A stretch of DNA of 24,829 bases from the UHGV virus genome UHGV-0244087. The stretch is one strand, 5' to 3'. Source of the DNA: a virus. Below the pieces are notes generated by a model. It was not told where the DNA came from and ran no database searches. It saw nothing but the letters and a program-made list of their open reading frames with translations. Numbering within the stretch: the first letter of the stretch is position 1; every line of letters begins with the position of its first letter. Below, piece by piece: positions 8,700 through 17,313 of this stretch. The translations under genes and the position numbers were made by a program.

Positions 8700-9500
8700 T
8701 TAACCGCGCTTCGCCTTCTGCGACGCGGTGATTTTTCGTGTTGCAGGCTTCTGCGTTGTCTTTTTACTTTTGCTGCTTTCGTCCTGCGTCTGCTGTGCGC
8801 TGGCGTCTTCTGGTGCGGCTGCGGAATCGGCTTTTTTCAGGGCGCGGGAAAGGGTTGCAATCTCGCGTTTCACACCTGCGTTCGGGTTCAGGTGCATCGC
8901 TTCGCGCAGCAGCTTCAGTGATGAGGCCATGTTGTCTGCATCGGTCAGGCCACGACGGGCAAAGGCACACGCCTTGCATAATTTGGCGCGCACTTCGTCC
9001 GGCATGTCCTGGTTGGCGACAATTTCCCAAAGTGTGTCCAGTGGTTCGATAAAGGCGGATAAATCCGCGTCGGCATCCGTCCCGGCCTGCGTCAGTACCG
9101 GGTTGCAGATTTCTTCGGTCAGTACCGTGGCAGCAGTACGGCCAAAGTTATCCGGCATGATGAGGTTGTGACGGACCACATATGCACCAATACGCAGCGC
9201 CAGCGGAAGATCGCCGCAGTCAATCGCCCACACCATCAGCGTGGCAATCACTTCATCCTGCTGCCCGCCGTCAGCTTCCAGCGTTCCCTCAATCCAGCCG
9301 GAAAAATCCGGCAACAACTCTTTTTTGATGGCGGCTTTCGCGCTTCTGGCCTGTACGCCCTTTAGCCTGGCCTGTGCCAGACGCAGACGATACAGCACCT
9401 CTTCATGCGCGGTACGCGCGGCGTGGTCCACACCTTCATTCGCCCGGCCTGCGCGCTGTGCCATCACGTTCAGCCAGTGTTGTTGTGCAGGAGTAATCAT
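8700..9500 (-). CDS. M: Terminase endonuclease (small) subunit M
   Basis: 266 aa; ATG with GGAGAG ribosome-binding site; position between N and L as in P2. Confidence 0.85.
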   Translation of the reverse strand: MITPAQQHWLNVMAQRAGRANEGVDHAARTAHEEVLYRLRLAQARLKGVQARSAKAAIKKELLPDFSGWIEGTLEADGGQQDEVIATLMVWAIDCGDLPLALRIGAYVVRHNLIMPDNFGRTAATVLTEEICNPVLTQAGTDADADLSAFIEPLDTLWEIVANQDMPDEVRAKLCKACAFARRGLTDADNMASSLKLLREAMHLNPNAGVKREIATLSRALKKADSAAAPEDASAQQTQDESSKSKKTTQKPATRKITASQKAKRG

Positions 9501-9545
9501 TTTTTCTCTCCGTTACAGGCGGGCATGATGCCCGCCGTGAGTTGA

Positions 9546-10598
9546 TTAGCTGTCGGCGAACTTCAGGCCAGTGATCATCGCGCACTTGCCATAGTCTTCA
9601 ACGACATAAGCGTCATTGATGGACTGGTAGGTGGCGATGCGGTTGTATTCCGGCTCGTCTTTCATCAGGCGACGCATTGAACCTTTCTGCCAGTAAATCG
9701 ACAGGTTGTTGAACGAGGTGATAAGCATCGTTGCATCCGGGAAGAACGGCGCAAGGAACACGCCCAGCCCGCCAATGGTGCGCGATGACAGGATGAGCTG
9801 CCCGGCAAGTAATTCCGCATTGGGATTCTGGCCGCTGATGCTGTTCAGCACGGGCAGACGCAGCGAGTTAAACAGGTTGCGCCCCATAATCACCGCGAGG
9901 TCGTCAGCTTCCTTGTGCCATTCATCCAGCAGGGATGAGCGCGCATCCTGTACCAGAGCATCGGCATTCGCATACTTACCCGCGTGCGCCACAGTGTTGT
10001 CCATGTTGCGGGAGGTCAGCGTCACGTCATTCATTACGCGCTCGCTGGCATCGGTTCTGATGTGCTCCAGCCAGCCCACGTTAACGTCCTGAAGCAGCTT
10101 GTTGGTGTGAAAATCAGACTCGTAGGCGTGGGATGTGCCGTTAAAGCCAATCATGATGCGATCAAGCGCTACCTGCCGGGCGATCTGTGTACTGATACGG
10201 GACTGAAAATCGCTGTGGGCCGCCCAGGTATCAAGCTGTGGGTACGAAATAAAGGTATCGTAGTTCACCTGTTCGCACTGGTACTGACGAGACTTCATAT
10301 CGATCACGTTATTCGGGTTACGGCGTTTGATGCCGTCATAACTGCTATTCGTGCGCGCAATTGGCCCGGTGGTGTCCAGGAGGATTTTTTCGCCTTTCTG
10401 GTCGGTCACGCCGATCACGTTAATTCTTTTCGTAAATTCGGTACTTTCCTTTGAGGCGTTTTCAAAACGCTGCTGCACCGCGGGTTCCACGGTAAATCGC
10501 GATACCAGTGCAGATACCGGGATATTGTTAAGCGACGCCTGCTGCGCCATATAGCAACCCAGCTTGTTGCGGGTAATATCTGACATCACCAGATTCAT
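9546..10598 (-). CDS. N: Major capsid protein N
   Basis: 350 aa; FTVEP, IMIGFNG, DATMLITSFNNLSIY and YVVEDY motifs resemble recalled P2 gpN. Confidence 0.9.
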   Translation of the reverse strand: MNLVMSDITRNKLGCYMAQQASLNNIPVSALVSRFTVEPAVQQRFENASKESTEFTKRINVIGVTDQKGEKILLDTTGPIARTNSSYDGIKRRNPNNVIDMKSRQYQCEQVNYDTFISYPQLDTWAAHSDFQSRISTQIARQVALDRIMIGFNGTSHAYESDFHTNKLLQDVNVGWLEHIRTDASERVMNDVTLTSRNMDNTVAHAGKYANADALVQDARSSLLDEWHKEADDLAVIMGRNLFNSLRLPVLNSISGQNPNAELLAGQLILSSRTIGGLGVFLAPFFPDATMLITSFNNLSIYWQKGSMRRLMKDEPEYNRIATYQSINDAYVVEDYGKCAMITGLKFADS

Positions 10599-10621
10599 AA
10601 AAAATTTGCTCCTTTGTCTTA

Positions 10622-11458
10622 TCAGAAGTCAGCCAGCTGGTCGGAGGCTGCGCCCGTTGCGGTGAAGCGGTTCTGCGGATCGCCGTCCTGCGTGCGCAGT
10701 TTTTCCTTCAGTGCTGTCAGCTCTGTGGTCAGTGACGTGATTTTCTGACGGTCCTGCTTATGGCGGGCTTCCAGCACATTAAAACGGTCGATAATGTCGG
10801 CCTGTGACGTTGCGACGCCTTCCACCGCTTCCTGAATACGGGAAAAACTGGCGTCATCCGCTTTGCGGCCACGGCCAATAATCCCCATTACGCGGTTAAC
10901 CCACTGGGTGCCTTCTTCCTGGCGTTGTTCTGCCATTTCGATGATTTCAGACTCAATGGCTTCGGAGATAAGCGGCGCTTCACCCTGGATACTGTTGAAC
11001 GTCATCACCGCCTGACGTTGCTGTGCCGTGAATTTCAGGCGCTCAGTGCCCAGGCTTGCCGGGGTGTCGGTCATCGCCAGCCCGACCAGATAGGCGCGCC
11101 CGTTAACGGAGAACTGCGGGTGCAGTTCGATACTGGAATAGATTTTCTTGCCGTCCGCGACAAGCTGCTTCATGCGCTCGGTCGGTTCGATTTCTGCATA
11201 CAGCGCAGTACGTCCGGCCAGCGGACCTTCCGTAATGTCTTCCGTACTCAGTGCGGTGACATCGCCCATTGCGGAAAATTCGCTTGACGGGCATGGCGAG
11301 AGATAGTGCTCAACGTTCACGCGGGCAGCGTAAACATCCGGGTTGAAGTTCTCGGCGGCTTCACGCAGATGCACCGGACTGATTTCACGGCCATCAACAG
11401 TTGATCCGGAGACAGCCACGCGAAACTTTTTGCGGGATGTCTTTTTTTCATTAGCCAT
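10622..11458 (-). CDS. O: Capsid scaffolding protein O
   Basis: Start set at the internal ATG 11456-11458 (MANEKKTSRKKFRVAVSGSTVDGR) with a GAGGGG ribosome-binding site; resembles the recalled P2 gpO N-terminus. Confidence 0.85.
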   Translation of the reverse strand: MANEKKTSRKKFRVAVSGSTVDGREISPVHLREAAENFNPDVYAARVNVEHYLSPCPSSEFSAMGDVTALSTEDITEGPLAGRTALYAEIEPTERMKQLVADGKKIYSSIELHPQFSVNGRAYLVGLAMTDTPASLGTERLKFTAQQRQAVMTFNSIQGEAPLISEAIESEIIEMAEQRQEEGTQWVNRVMGIIGRGRKADDASFSRIQEAVEGVATSQADIIDRFNVLEARHKQDRQKITSLTTELTALKEKLRTQDGDPQNRFTATGAASDQLADF

Positions 11459-11612
11459 AGTTTTTGCCCCTCTGACTGGTTCTTCAGTCATGATGGCAAA
11501 GCGTAACAGGCTGATACAAAGGGCTTTTGTTGTAAGAAAACGGCCAGAACAGGGGGTTAAGGAGAACAGTTTCGCGCGCGGGTAATCTTCCTGTAATTAC
11601 TCAGGGGGAGCA
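11459..11612. promoter_or_regulatory. Divergent intergenic region between O (minus) and P (plus); expected site of late promoters
   Basis: Gene arrangement only. No Ogr-type TGT-N12-ACA dyad could be placed confidently by eye. Confidence 0.4.
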
Positions 11613-13364
11613 ATGATTCAGGACGCTTTTGTGCGCCAGCGTGCGCGGCAACTTTACTGGCAGGGTTATCCGCCCGCAGAAATATCACGTCTGATGGGAA
11701 TAAACCCGAACACGATTTATGCGTGGAAAAAACGCGACCAGTGGGATGAAACGCCACCCGTGCAGCGTGTCACGCAGTCCATCGATGCGCGCCTCATCCA
11801 GCTTACTGAAAAACAGAATAAAACAGGCGGTGACTTTAAGGAAATAGACCTGCTGACCCGGCAGCTTAAAAAACTGCATGATGGCCAGCCGGATGCGACG
11901 GCCACAGGAAAGAAAGGCCGGGCGAAAAAACTCAAAAATCATTTCACGCCGGAACAGATTGCCGCACTGCGGGAAAAAATCATCAGCAGGCTGGAGTGGC
12001 ATCAGCGGGGCTGGTTTGACTCCCTGACCCTTTGCAGGGAAGCCGGGATACGTAACAGGATGATCCTGAAATCCCGACAGATTGGCGCGACCTGGTATTT
12101 TGCACAGGAAGCACTGCTGATGGCGCTGCGTGACGATGTGGCGCAACCTTACCAGCGTAACCAGATTTTTTTGTCTGCGTCGCGTCGTCAGGCGTTCCAG
12201 TTTAAAAGCATTATTCAGAAGGCCGCGGCTGAAGTTGATGTGGAGCTGAAAGGGGGCGATAAAATCATCCTCTCCAACGGCGCAGAGCTGCATTTTCTCG
12301 GCACTTCTGCTGCGTCGGCGCAGTCCTATACGGGCAATTTTTATTTTGATGAATTTTTCTGGGTCAGTCGCTTTGCTGAACTGCGCAAGGTGGCTGGCGC
12401 TATGGCAACCCTCAGCGGACTGCGGCGCACCTACTTCTCCACGCCATCCACCGAAACGCACGAGGCATACGCCTACTGGAACGGCGACCGCTGGAACGAG
12501 AAAAAGGCCACGCATAAACGCCAGCGTTTTTCTGTGGACTGGAAAACGCTGCATAACGGGCTTATCTGCCCTGACCGGACGTGGCGGCAAATTGTCACGC
12601 TGGAAGATGTGGTTAATCACGGCTGGAAACACACCGATATTGATGAAATTCGTGATGAAAACACCGAAGACGAGTTCCTCAATCTCTATATGTGTGAGTT
12701 TGTCCGCGAAGGGGAATCGGCATTTAACCTGAATATCCTGATTGGCTGTGGTGTTGACGGATACGACGACTGGAAAGACTGGAAACCTTTTGCTCCCCGC
12801 CCGATGGGGAATCGTCCGGTATGGATTGGGTATGACGCAAACGGCAGCAGTGGCAACGGCGACAGCGGCGCTGTGTCCGTGGTGGTTCCTCCGTCTGTTC
12901 CTGGTGGCCGTTTTCGAACGGTGGAGACGCGACGCGTTCAGGGGCTGGAGTTTGAAGAACAGGCCAGAGTCATTGAAGAGTTCACGTGTCGCTACAACGT
13001 GGAACACATCGGCATTGATGTGACGGGCGGGAACGGGGAGGCTGTTTATCAGATAGTGAAACGGTTTTTCCCTGCTGCTATTCCGTACACCTTCACGCTG
13101 TCATCAAAACGGTCGCTGGTACTGAAAATGCTGCAAATAATGCGTGCCGGGCGGTGGGAATACGATCGCGCCGAACGCGAGCTGGTCGCAGCCTTTAACG
13201 CCGTGCGTAAGGTGAAAACACCGGGCGGCTTTATCACTTACGAAACGGACCGCGCGAGGGGGATCAGCCACGGCGACCTTGCGTGGGCAACCATGCTTGC
13301 TGTCATTAACGAACCAATTGGCGGCGAAGGAGAAAACGAGCGTTTCACAGTTATGGAGTTCTGA
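11613..13364 (+). CDS. P: Terminase ATPase (large) subunit P
   Basis: 583 aa, close to the 590-aa size of P2 gpP; AGGGGGAG ribosome-binding site; followed by Q with a TGATG overlap. Confidence 0.9.
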   Translation: MIQDAFVRQRARQLYWQGYPPAEISRLMGINPNTIYAWKKRDQWDETPPVQRVTQSIDARLIQLTEKQNKTGGDFKEIDLLTRQLKKLHDGQPDATATGKKGRAKKLKNHFTPEQIAALREKIISRLEWHQRGWFDSLTLCREAGIRNRMILKSRQIGATWYFAQEALLMALRDDVAQPYQRNQIFLSASRRQAFQFKSIIQKAAAEVDVELKGGDKIILSNGAELHFLGTSAASAQSYTGNFYFDEFFWVSRFAELRKVAGAMATLSGLRRTYFSTPSTETHEAYAYWNGDRWNEKKATHKRQRFSVDWKTLHNGLICPDRTWRQIVTLEDVVNHGWKHTDIDEIRDENTEDEFLNLYMCEFVREGESAFNLNILIGCGVDGYDDWKDWKPFAPRPMGNRPVWIGYDANGSSGNGDSGAVSVVVPPSVPGGRFRTVETRRVQGLEFEEQARVIEEFTCRYNVEHIGIDVTGGNGEAVYQIVKRFFPAAIPYTFTLSSKRSLVLKMLQIMRAGRWEYDRAERELVAAFNAVRKVKTPGGFITYETDRARGISHGDLAWATMLAVINEPIGGEGENERFTVMEF

Positions 13365-14410
13365 TGAGCAGAAAAAATAAAAAAGTGCGCATGAGTTCAC
13401 GCATTGATCTCGCTGATGCGCTCAGGAAAGAATCATCGCTCAGTGCATTCACATTTGATGGTCCTTATCGCCTGACCGGGCATGACCTGCTGGACAATAT
13501 GTACTGTGCTGATAACGGGCGGTGGTATGAAACCCCGGTGGACTGGTACGGTCTGGCAAGAGCAGCCCGGCAAACGTCCTGGCATCAGTCTGCGCTTTAC
13601 TTTAAGCGCAATGTATTACTCGGTTGCTACATCCCGCACCCGCTGCTTTCCCGGCAGGATTTCTCGGCGCTGGCGCTGGACTGGTTTGTGTTCGGTAACG
13701 CATTCCTTGAGCTTCGAAGCAATATGCTCGGCGAACCGCTTAAATTACGGCACGCCCTGGCGAAATACATGCGACGCGGAAGCGATCTTGAATCATGGTG
13801 GTATGTGCAGGATGGCAAGGACGCGTTTCAGTTTCGTCCTGGCAAAGTGTGCCACCTGATGAATCCGGATATTAACCAGGAAATCTACGGCATGCCGGAA
13901 TATCTTGGCGCATTACTCTCGGCCAGCCTTTCTCATTCGGCGGACATGTTCAGAAAACTGTACTACGACAACGGATCCCACGCCGGGTGCATCATCTACA
14001 TCGGTGCAGCGCAGGTAAACCGCGAAAGCATGGACTCCCTGAAAGAAACGCTACAGGGGGCACGTGGTGGTGGTGCGTTTAAAAACGTGCTCATTCATGC
14101 GCCCAACGGGGGCAAAGAGGGGGTGCAAATTTTGCCGTTCCAGCAGATCACCGCAAAAGATGAATTCATGAATGTTAAGGCGGCATCCCGTGATGATGTG
14201 CTGGCTGCGCACCGCGTTCCGCCGCAACTGATGGGGGCGATGCCGGGCGAAAAAAGTGCGTTTGGCGATGTGGAGAAGGCAGCGCGGGTTTACGCAATTA
14301 ACGAGCTGATGCCCGTCATGGAGGCTATGAAGCACATCAATGACTGGCTTGGCGAAGAGGTGATCCGTTTTAACTCTTATGCTCTTCTTGATGAAAAAAC
14401 AGCCCCGTGA
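13364..14410 (+). CDS. Q: Portal protein Q
   Basis: 348 aa; FTFDGP..WYETPV..GLAR resembles recalled P2 gpQ; sits downstream of P. Confidence 0.9.
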   Translation: MSRKNKKVRMSSRIDLADALRKESSLSAFTFDGPYRLTGHDLLDNMYCADNGRWYETPVDWYGLARAARQTSWHQSALYFKRNVLLGCYIPHPLLSRQDFSALALDWFVFGNAFLELRSNMLGEPLKLRHALAKYMRRGSDLESWWYVQDGKDAFQFRPGKVCHLMNPDINQEIYGMPEYLGALLSASLSHSADMFRKLYYDNGSHAGCIIYIGAAQVNRESMDSLKETLQGARGGGAFKNVLIHAPNGGKEGVQILPFQQITAKDEFMNVKAASRDDVLAAHRVPPQLMGAMPGEKSAFGDVEKAARVYAINELMPVMEAMKHINDWLGEEVIRFNSYALLDEKTAP

Positions 14411-14420
14411 TGGGGCTGTC
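14399..14420. terminator. Bidirectional intrinsic terminator between convergent Q and the 174-aa gene
   Basis: Perfect hairpin cagcccc-gtgat-ggggctg (14400-14418), flanked by an A-run upstream and a T-run downstream. Confidence 0.75.
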
Positions 14421-14424
14421 CTTT

Positions 14425-14949
14425 TTACCAGAGTTGAACCATTTTCTGGGTGCCGTCAGGCTTGAGATTATCAATTTCAGAGAGAACGTAATATTGAATG
14501 GCTTCACAAACGGTGGTGTAGGGTGAATTACCTTCTTTAAGTGGCACGATATTATTATTAACGCGAACCTGTATTTCATCGTTATACATTGCGATCGAAA
14601 CAGGCGTGTGCACGAACGCGACTTCGCCAGGTGTGTCGTCAACCACCGTTTCAATACTAAAAGTCAGTTTTCGCTCATCATTGCTGCCCCGTGCTTTGGG
14701 GGTAGCGGCAGGGATCTGGGATAAAGGCATTCTGCGAAATCCTTCGGCTGCTTCCAGTCCGCATGAAACGTAATGCTGGCGATTACCGTCGCTATCTGTC
14801 CAGGTCTGTGATGGCAGCTCCAGCGAGATTTCATAAGCATCAACAATGCCCTGGGCAAGGCGTACAAGCGGGGTCAGATCTTCATTGCGGCGAAAGCTCT
14901 CCTTTACCTGCTCCCGTTTTTCTCTTAACTGCTTGTAATTAATGACCAT
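14425..14949 (-). CDS. Hypothetical 174-aa protein, orphan cargo convergent with portal
   Basis: ATG at 14947-14949 with a GGAGG ribosome-binding site 8 nt upstream. No family recognised. Confidence 0.65.
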   Translation of the reverse strand: MVINYKQLREKREQVKESFRRNEDLTPLVRLAQGIVDAYEISLELPSQTWTDSDGNRQHYVSCGLEAAEGFRRMPLSQIPAATPKARGSNDERKLTFSIETVVDDTPGEVAFVHTPVSIAMYNDEIQVRVNNNIVPLKEGNSPYTTVCEAIQYYVLSEIDNLKPDGTQKMVQLW

Positions 14950-15048
14950 AAGACAGCCTCCATTGATTTCTTTGCTCGTATTTTGCACTTATGAAGTATG
15001 GTCGGCAAGGTGCCGTATCGCTGACGCGCTTCGCTTGTCTGCTGCTTC

Positions 15049-15077
15049 GCCGGGGCATAAAAAATTTATGCCCCGGC
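15049..15077. repeat. Perfect 29-bp palindrome in the non-coding stretch upstream of the 174-aa gene
   Basis: gccggggcat-aaaaaattt-atgccccggc, 10-bp arms extendable to 13 bp through the A/T loop. No U-tract follows on either strand. Confidence 0.7.
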
Positions 15078-15448
15078 TCTCCAGCTCCTGTATCAATCAG
15101 ATAATTTCACGACGCCTTCCAGTTTATCGCCACCATCGACGGTCAGACTCTTACGCAATTCCACCGCGTTGACTGTATGTTCTCGCTGCCTCAGTGCGAT
15201 TTTGACGGCCTTACCTTTCACCCCATCAAATCAAAAGCCCTCACGCCTTTTTCATGCTCAGCGTGAGAAATATGGCCATTCTGTTGTGTCTCTGCGACAT
15301 CGTTCAGGGAATGCTATTTACCCCCTGAAACGCGGGCTGTTCCCCCGTCACCTGCGCGCAGAAAAAGCGCGTTTTTTTGTGCACGCACGGATCCTTGACG
15401 GATCCAGCCGCCATGCGGGCCGGAAGGGTAAAAAGTCGTTCAAAAAAA

Positions 15449-15478
15449 TTGTGCAAATTTGTGCACTTTTGTGCAAAC
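15449..15478. repeat. Three tandem 10-bp iterons (TTGTGCA core)
   Basis: ttgtgcaaat, ttgtgcactt, ttgtgcaaac in direct succession; a fourth ttgtgca core lies at 15377-15383. Confidence 0.7.
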
Positions 15479-15480
15479 AA

Positions 15481-15505
15481 AAAGCGCCCCTGAGGCGCTT
15501 TAGTG
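15481..15505 (-). terminator. Intrinsic terminator ending the minus-strand cargo operon
   Basis: Hairpin agcgcc-cctga-ggcgct followed on the minus strand by a T-rich run (ttttgtttg); lies about 30 nt after the stop of the 87-aa gene. Confidence 0.65.
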
Positions 15506-15535
15506 TTTTATAGGTTGTGTATATTTGCTGGGTCC

Positions 15536-15799
15536 TTATCCTGCTGTGCTTTCAACTGATGAGGGGAACAAAATCTTTTCATCAAACCCTGCATTCATAT
15601 CATGGACAGCAACACACCAATCCATTGACGAACGATTATCAAGAGCCTCCATGATTTCATCCATGCGGCGCAGGTCATACAGGTAAATGCTTTTATCGCC
15701 AATGGTGTAAAAACCAATTTTTTTCGGTGATGGACAGCGATCAAGAACGTCCTGTAATTCGCTCAACCATGCTTGTTCTTTTTTTGTCAAAGTTGCCAT
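15536..15799 (-). CDS. Hypothetical 87-aa protein, fourth gene of the cargo operon
   Basis: ATG with an AAGGAGAG ribosome-binding site that is embedded in the last codons of the upstream gene. No family recognised. Confidence 0.6.
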   Translation of the reverse strand: MATLTKKEQAWLSELQDVLDRCPSPKKIGFYTIGDKSIYLYDLRRMDEIMEALDNRSSMDWCVAVHDMNAGFDEKILFPSSVESTAG

Positions 15800-15800
15800 A

Positions 15801-16292
15801 TCACTCTCCTTTGATGCGAATGCCAGTGGTACTCATTCTCCTGATTTCCCAGAGCACACGAGGAACACCACCGTTTCCGACCGGATCGCGTTTACTCCGC
15901 AGGGCGACGCTTGATTCCGCCCAGCTTTTTCTTGGAGGAAGCTCTTTCACACGAACAAAACCAGCTGCGCGGAGAGATGCTCCTGATTCATCTGCCTGGG
16001 TGTACGTAATACAACGTTGATAACCCATAGCCTTTGCTGCCCGCCAGACAGCACCATAAAGCGCGCTGTTAGCGTTGCGTTCTCCTGTGGTACATGTGCG
16101 ATTTACTTCAAGCGTTAATCCATCGTCCAAATGTCGTGCAACAGGTCTACCGGCTGTCGCCACACCTATCAATTCTCCGGCATCATTTCTCAGACCAATG
16201 CTGAATTTATGCCCCACCGGGGGTTTATTGTGTCGGTGATGTCTGGATATAAACGCCTTCGCAACACGAAGAGTAACCGGTGAAATTTGCAT
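15801..16292 (-). CDS. Hypothetical 163-aa protein, third gene of the cargo operon; possibly acyltransferase-like
   Basis: ATG at 16290-16292, 2 nt after the stop of the 104-aa gene, with the same embedded ribosome-binding site. A loose resemblance to GNAT-toxin N-terminal regions (FISRHHRHNKPP..IGVATAG) is not verified. Confidence 0.6.
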   Translation of the reverse strand: MQISPVTLRVAKAFISRHHRHNKPPVGHKFSIGLRNDAGELIGVATAGRPVARHLDDGLTLEVNRTCTTGERNANSALYGAVWRAAKAMGYQRCITYTQADESGASLRAAGFVRVKELPPRKSWAESSVALRSKRDPVGNGGVPRVLWEIRRMSTTGIRIKGE

Positions 16293-16294
16293 TC

Positions 16295-16609
16295 TCACTC
16301 TCCTTTGATGCCAATGTTTACAGACTGGCAAGCCTCTTTGAGCACCCAGTCAACAGCGTCTTTCCATGCTCCGGTTTCGACTGGCGGATTCTCACGCTTT
16401 ACCTGTTCATAGAAATGTACTGCTCTAACCAGTCCATCTGACGGTTTTGCCTGTAGTGCAGCCTGAGCTATGCGGTATGCCTGGAGCATACGGGCGTCGT
16501 TGATATCCATTCCGAACGGAATTTCTGATGATTGTGACTCTGCATCTTCAAGCCTGGCAATTTCTTTACGTAAGAAGTATTTCAACTCTTGTTTCTGTTT
16601 TCTGTTCAT
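16295..16609 (-). CDS. Hypothetical 104-aa helical protein, second gene of the cargo operon
   Basis: ATG overlaps the stop of the upstream gene (ATGA). C-terminus ...NIGIKGE parallels the ...GIRIKGE end of the next protein. Confidence 0.6.
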   Translation of the reverse strand: MNRKQKQELKYFLRKEIARLEDAESQSSEIPFGMDINDARMLQAYRIAQAALQAKPSDGLVRAVHFYEQVKRENPPVETGAWKDAVDWVLKEACQSVNIGIKGE

Positions 16610-16938
16610 GCGTTTTTTTCCTTTTTGTCTGTCACTTCTTTCCTGATAATTTCATTGCACAAATCCACGCACTCATTGCAGATGTAAACAGACGGTCCGG
16701 CAATCACCTTTGTGACTTCGTACTGGGATTTATTGCAGAAGCTGCAATAAACCGTCTTCTCGCCTGAAGTCCATGTTTTGCTGGTTTCGCCAGACATCAG
16801 TTGTTTGAGGTCTTTTTCACGACGAAGAACTATCTGGCCACATTCAGCTATTTTTTGGATGTTGACATTTTCTTCTTTCGCCAGCGCTTCCATCCGCTCA
16901 ATCAGTCGCTGCGCTTTTTCTCTGTCAATGTGTTGCAT
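16606..16938 (-). CDS. 110-aa protein with a C-terminal ClpX-type C4 zinc-binding domain and an N-terminal helical region
   Basis: [41 protein letters not shown] is near-identical in pattern to the recalled E. coli ClpX N-terminal domain ([40 protein letters not shown]), with the same C-x2-C-x18-C-x2-C spacing. ATG with an AGGGGGA ribosome-binding site. Confidence 0.75.
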   Translation of the reverse strand: MQHIDREKAQRLIERMEALAKEENVNIQKIAECGQIVLRREKDLKQLMSGETSKTWTSGEKTVYCSFCNKSQYEVTKVIAGPSVYICNECVDLCNEIIRKEVTDKKEKNA

Positions 16939-16972
16939 TGTGTCCCCCTTGTTTATGCTCCCGGGTTAAAGT

Positions 16973-16996
16973 CATCAGGGCGGATGCGCCCTGATG
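16973..16996. other. Perfect 10-bp-stem hairpin between parR and the zinc-binding-domain gene
   Basis: catcagggcg-gatg-cgccctgatg. No U-tract follows on the minus strand, so it is unlikely to be a simple terminator. Confidence 0.6.
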
Positions 16997-17001
16997 TTGT
17001 G

Positions 17002-17313
17002 TTATTCGGGAAATAACGCCCGGATATTTCCGGCCATCTGACTGGTTATCTGTGCGGCTGATACTGGCTGTGACGCGGGGCGTTCTGTCCTGGTTTGTGT
17101 CATTGATAACGCCTCATCATCAGCCCATGCAGCCAGTCGGTAAGCCTCTGCCGGATTCATTTTCAGTAGTGCCAGCCCGGCCAGAAAAGCCACGCGTTGA
17201 CCACTTTTGCGGGCTTCTGGTGTAAGGCTGTCCAGCCAGGCGCATGCTTCGCCTTCGTTCTTGACGGCGGCGGGCTTCAGATAGAAACTTATCCGTCTGG
17301 TTGGTGTCGTCAT
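17002..17313 (-). CDS. parR: ParR (StbB)-like centromere-binding protein
   Basis: 103 aa; RRISFYLKP..LDSLTPEARKS..AFLAGLALL..NIRALFPE parallels recalled R1 ParR (RRTIAFKLNP..LDSIPQGERSR..LTAGLALY..LRSLFPKE). AAGGAG ribosome-binding site; start 5 nt after the parM stop. Confidence 0.75.
   Translation of the reverse strand: MTTPTRRISFYLKPAAVKNEGEACAWLDSLTPEARKSGQRVAFLAGLALLKMNPAEAYRLAAWADDEALSMTQTRTERPASQPVSAAQITSQMAGNIRALFPE

Noticed and set aside
11685-13007. Minus-strand 440-aa ORF
   Set aside because: Antisense to terminase P; arginine-rich and low in complexity. The plus-strand P gene has a strong ribosome-binding site and family similarity.
15801-16292. GNAT toxin with antitoxin pair (163-aa protein plus upstream 104-aa protein)
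   Set aside because: The resemblance to GNAT toxins is limited to a short N-terminal pattern, and the upstream protein shows no ribbon-helix-helix signature. Left as hypothetical.
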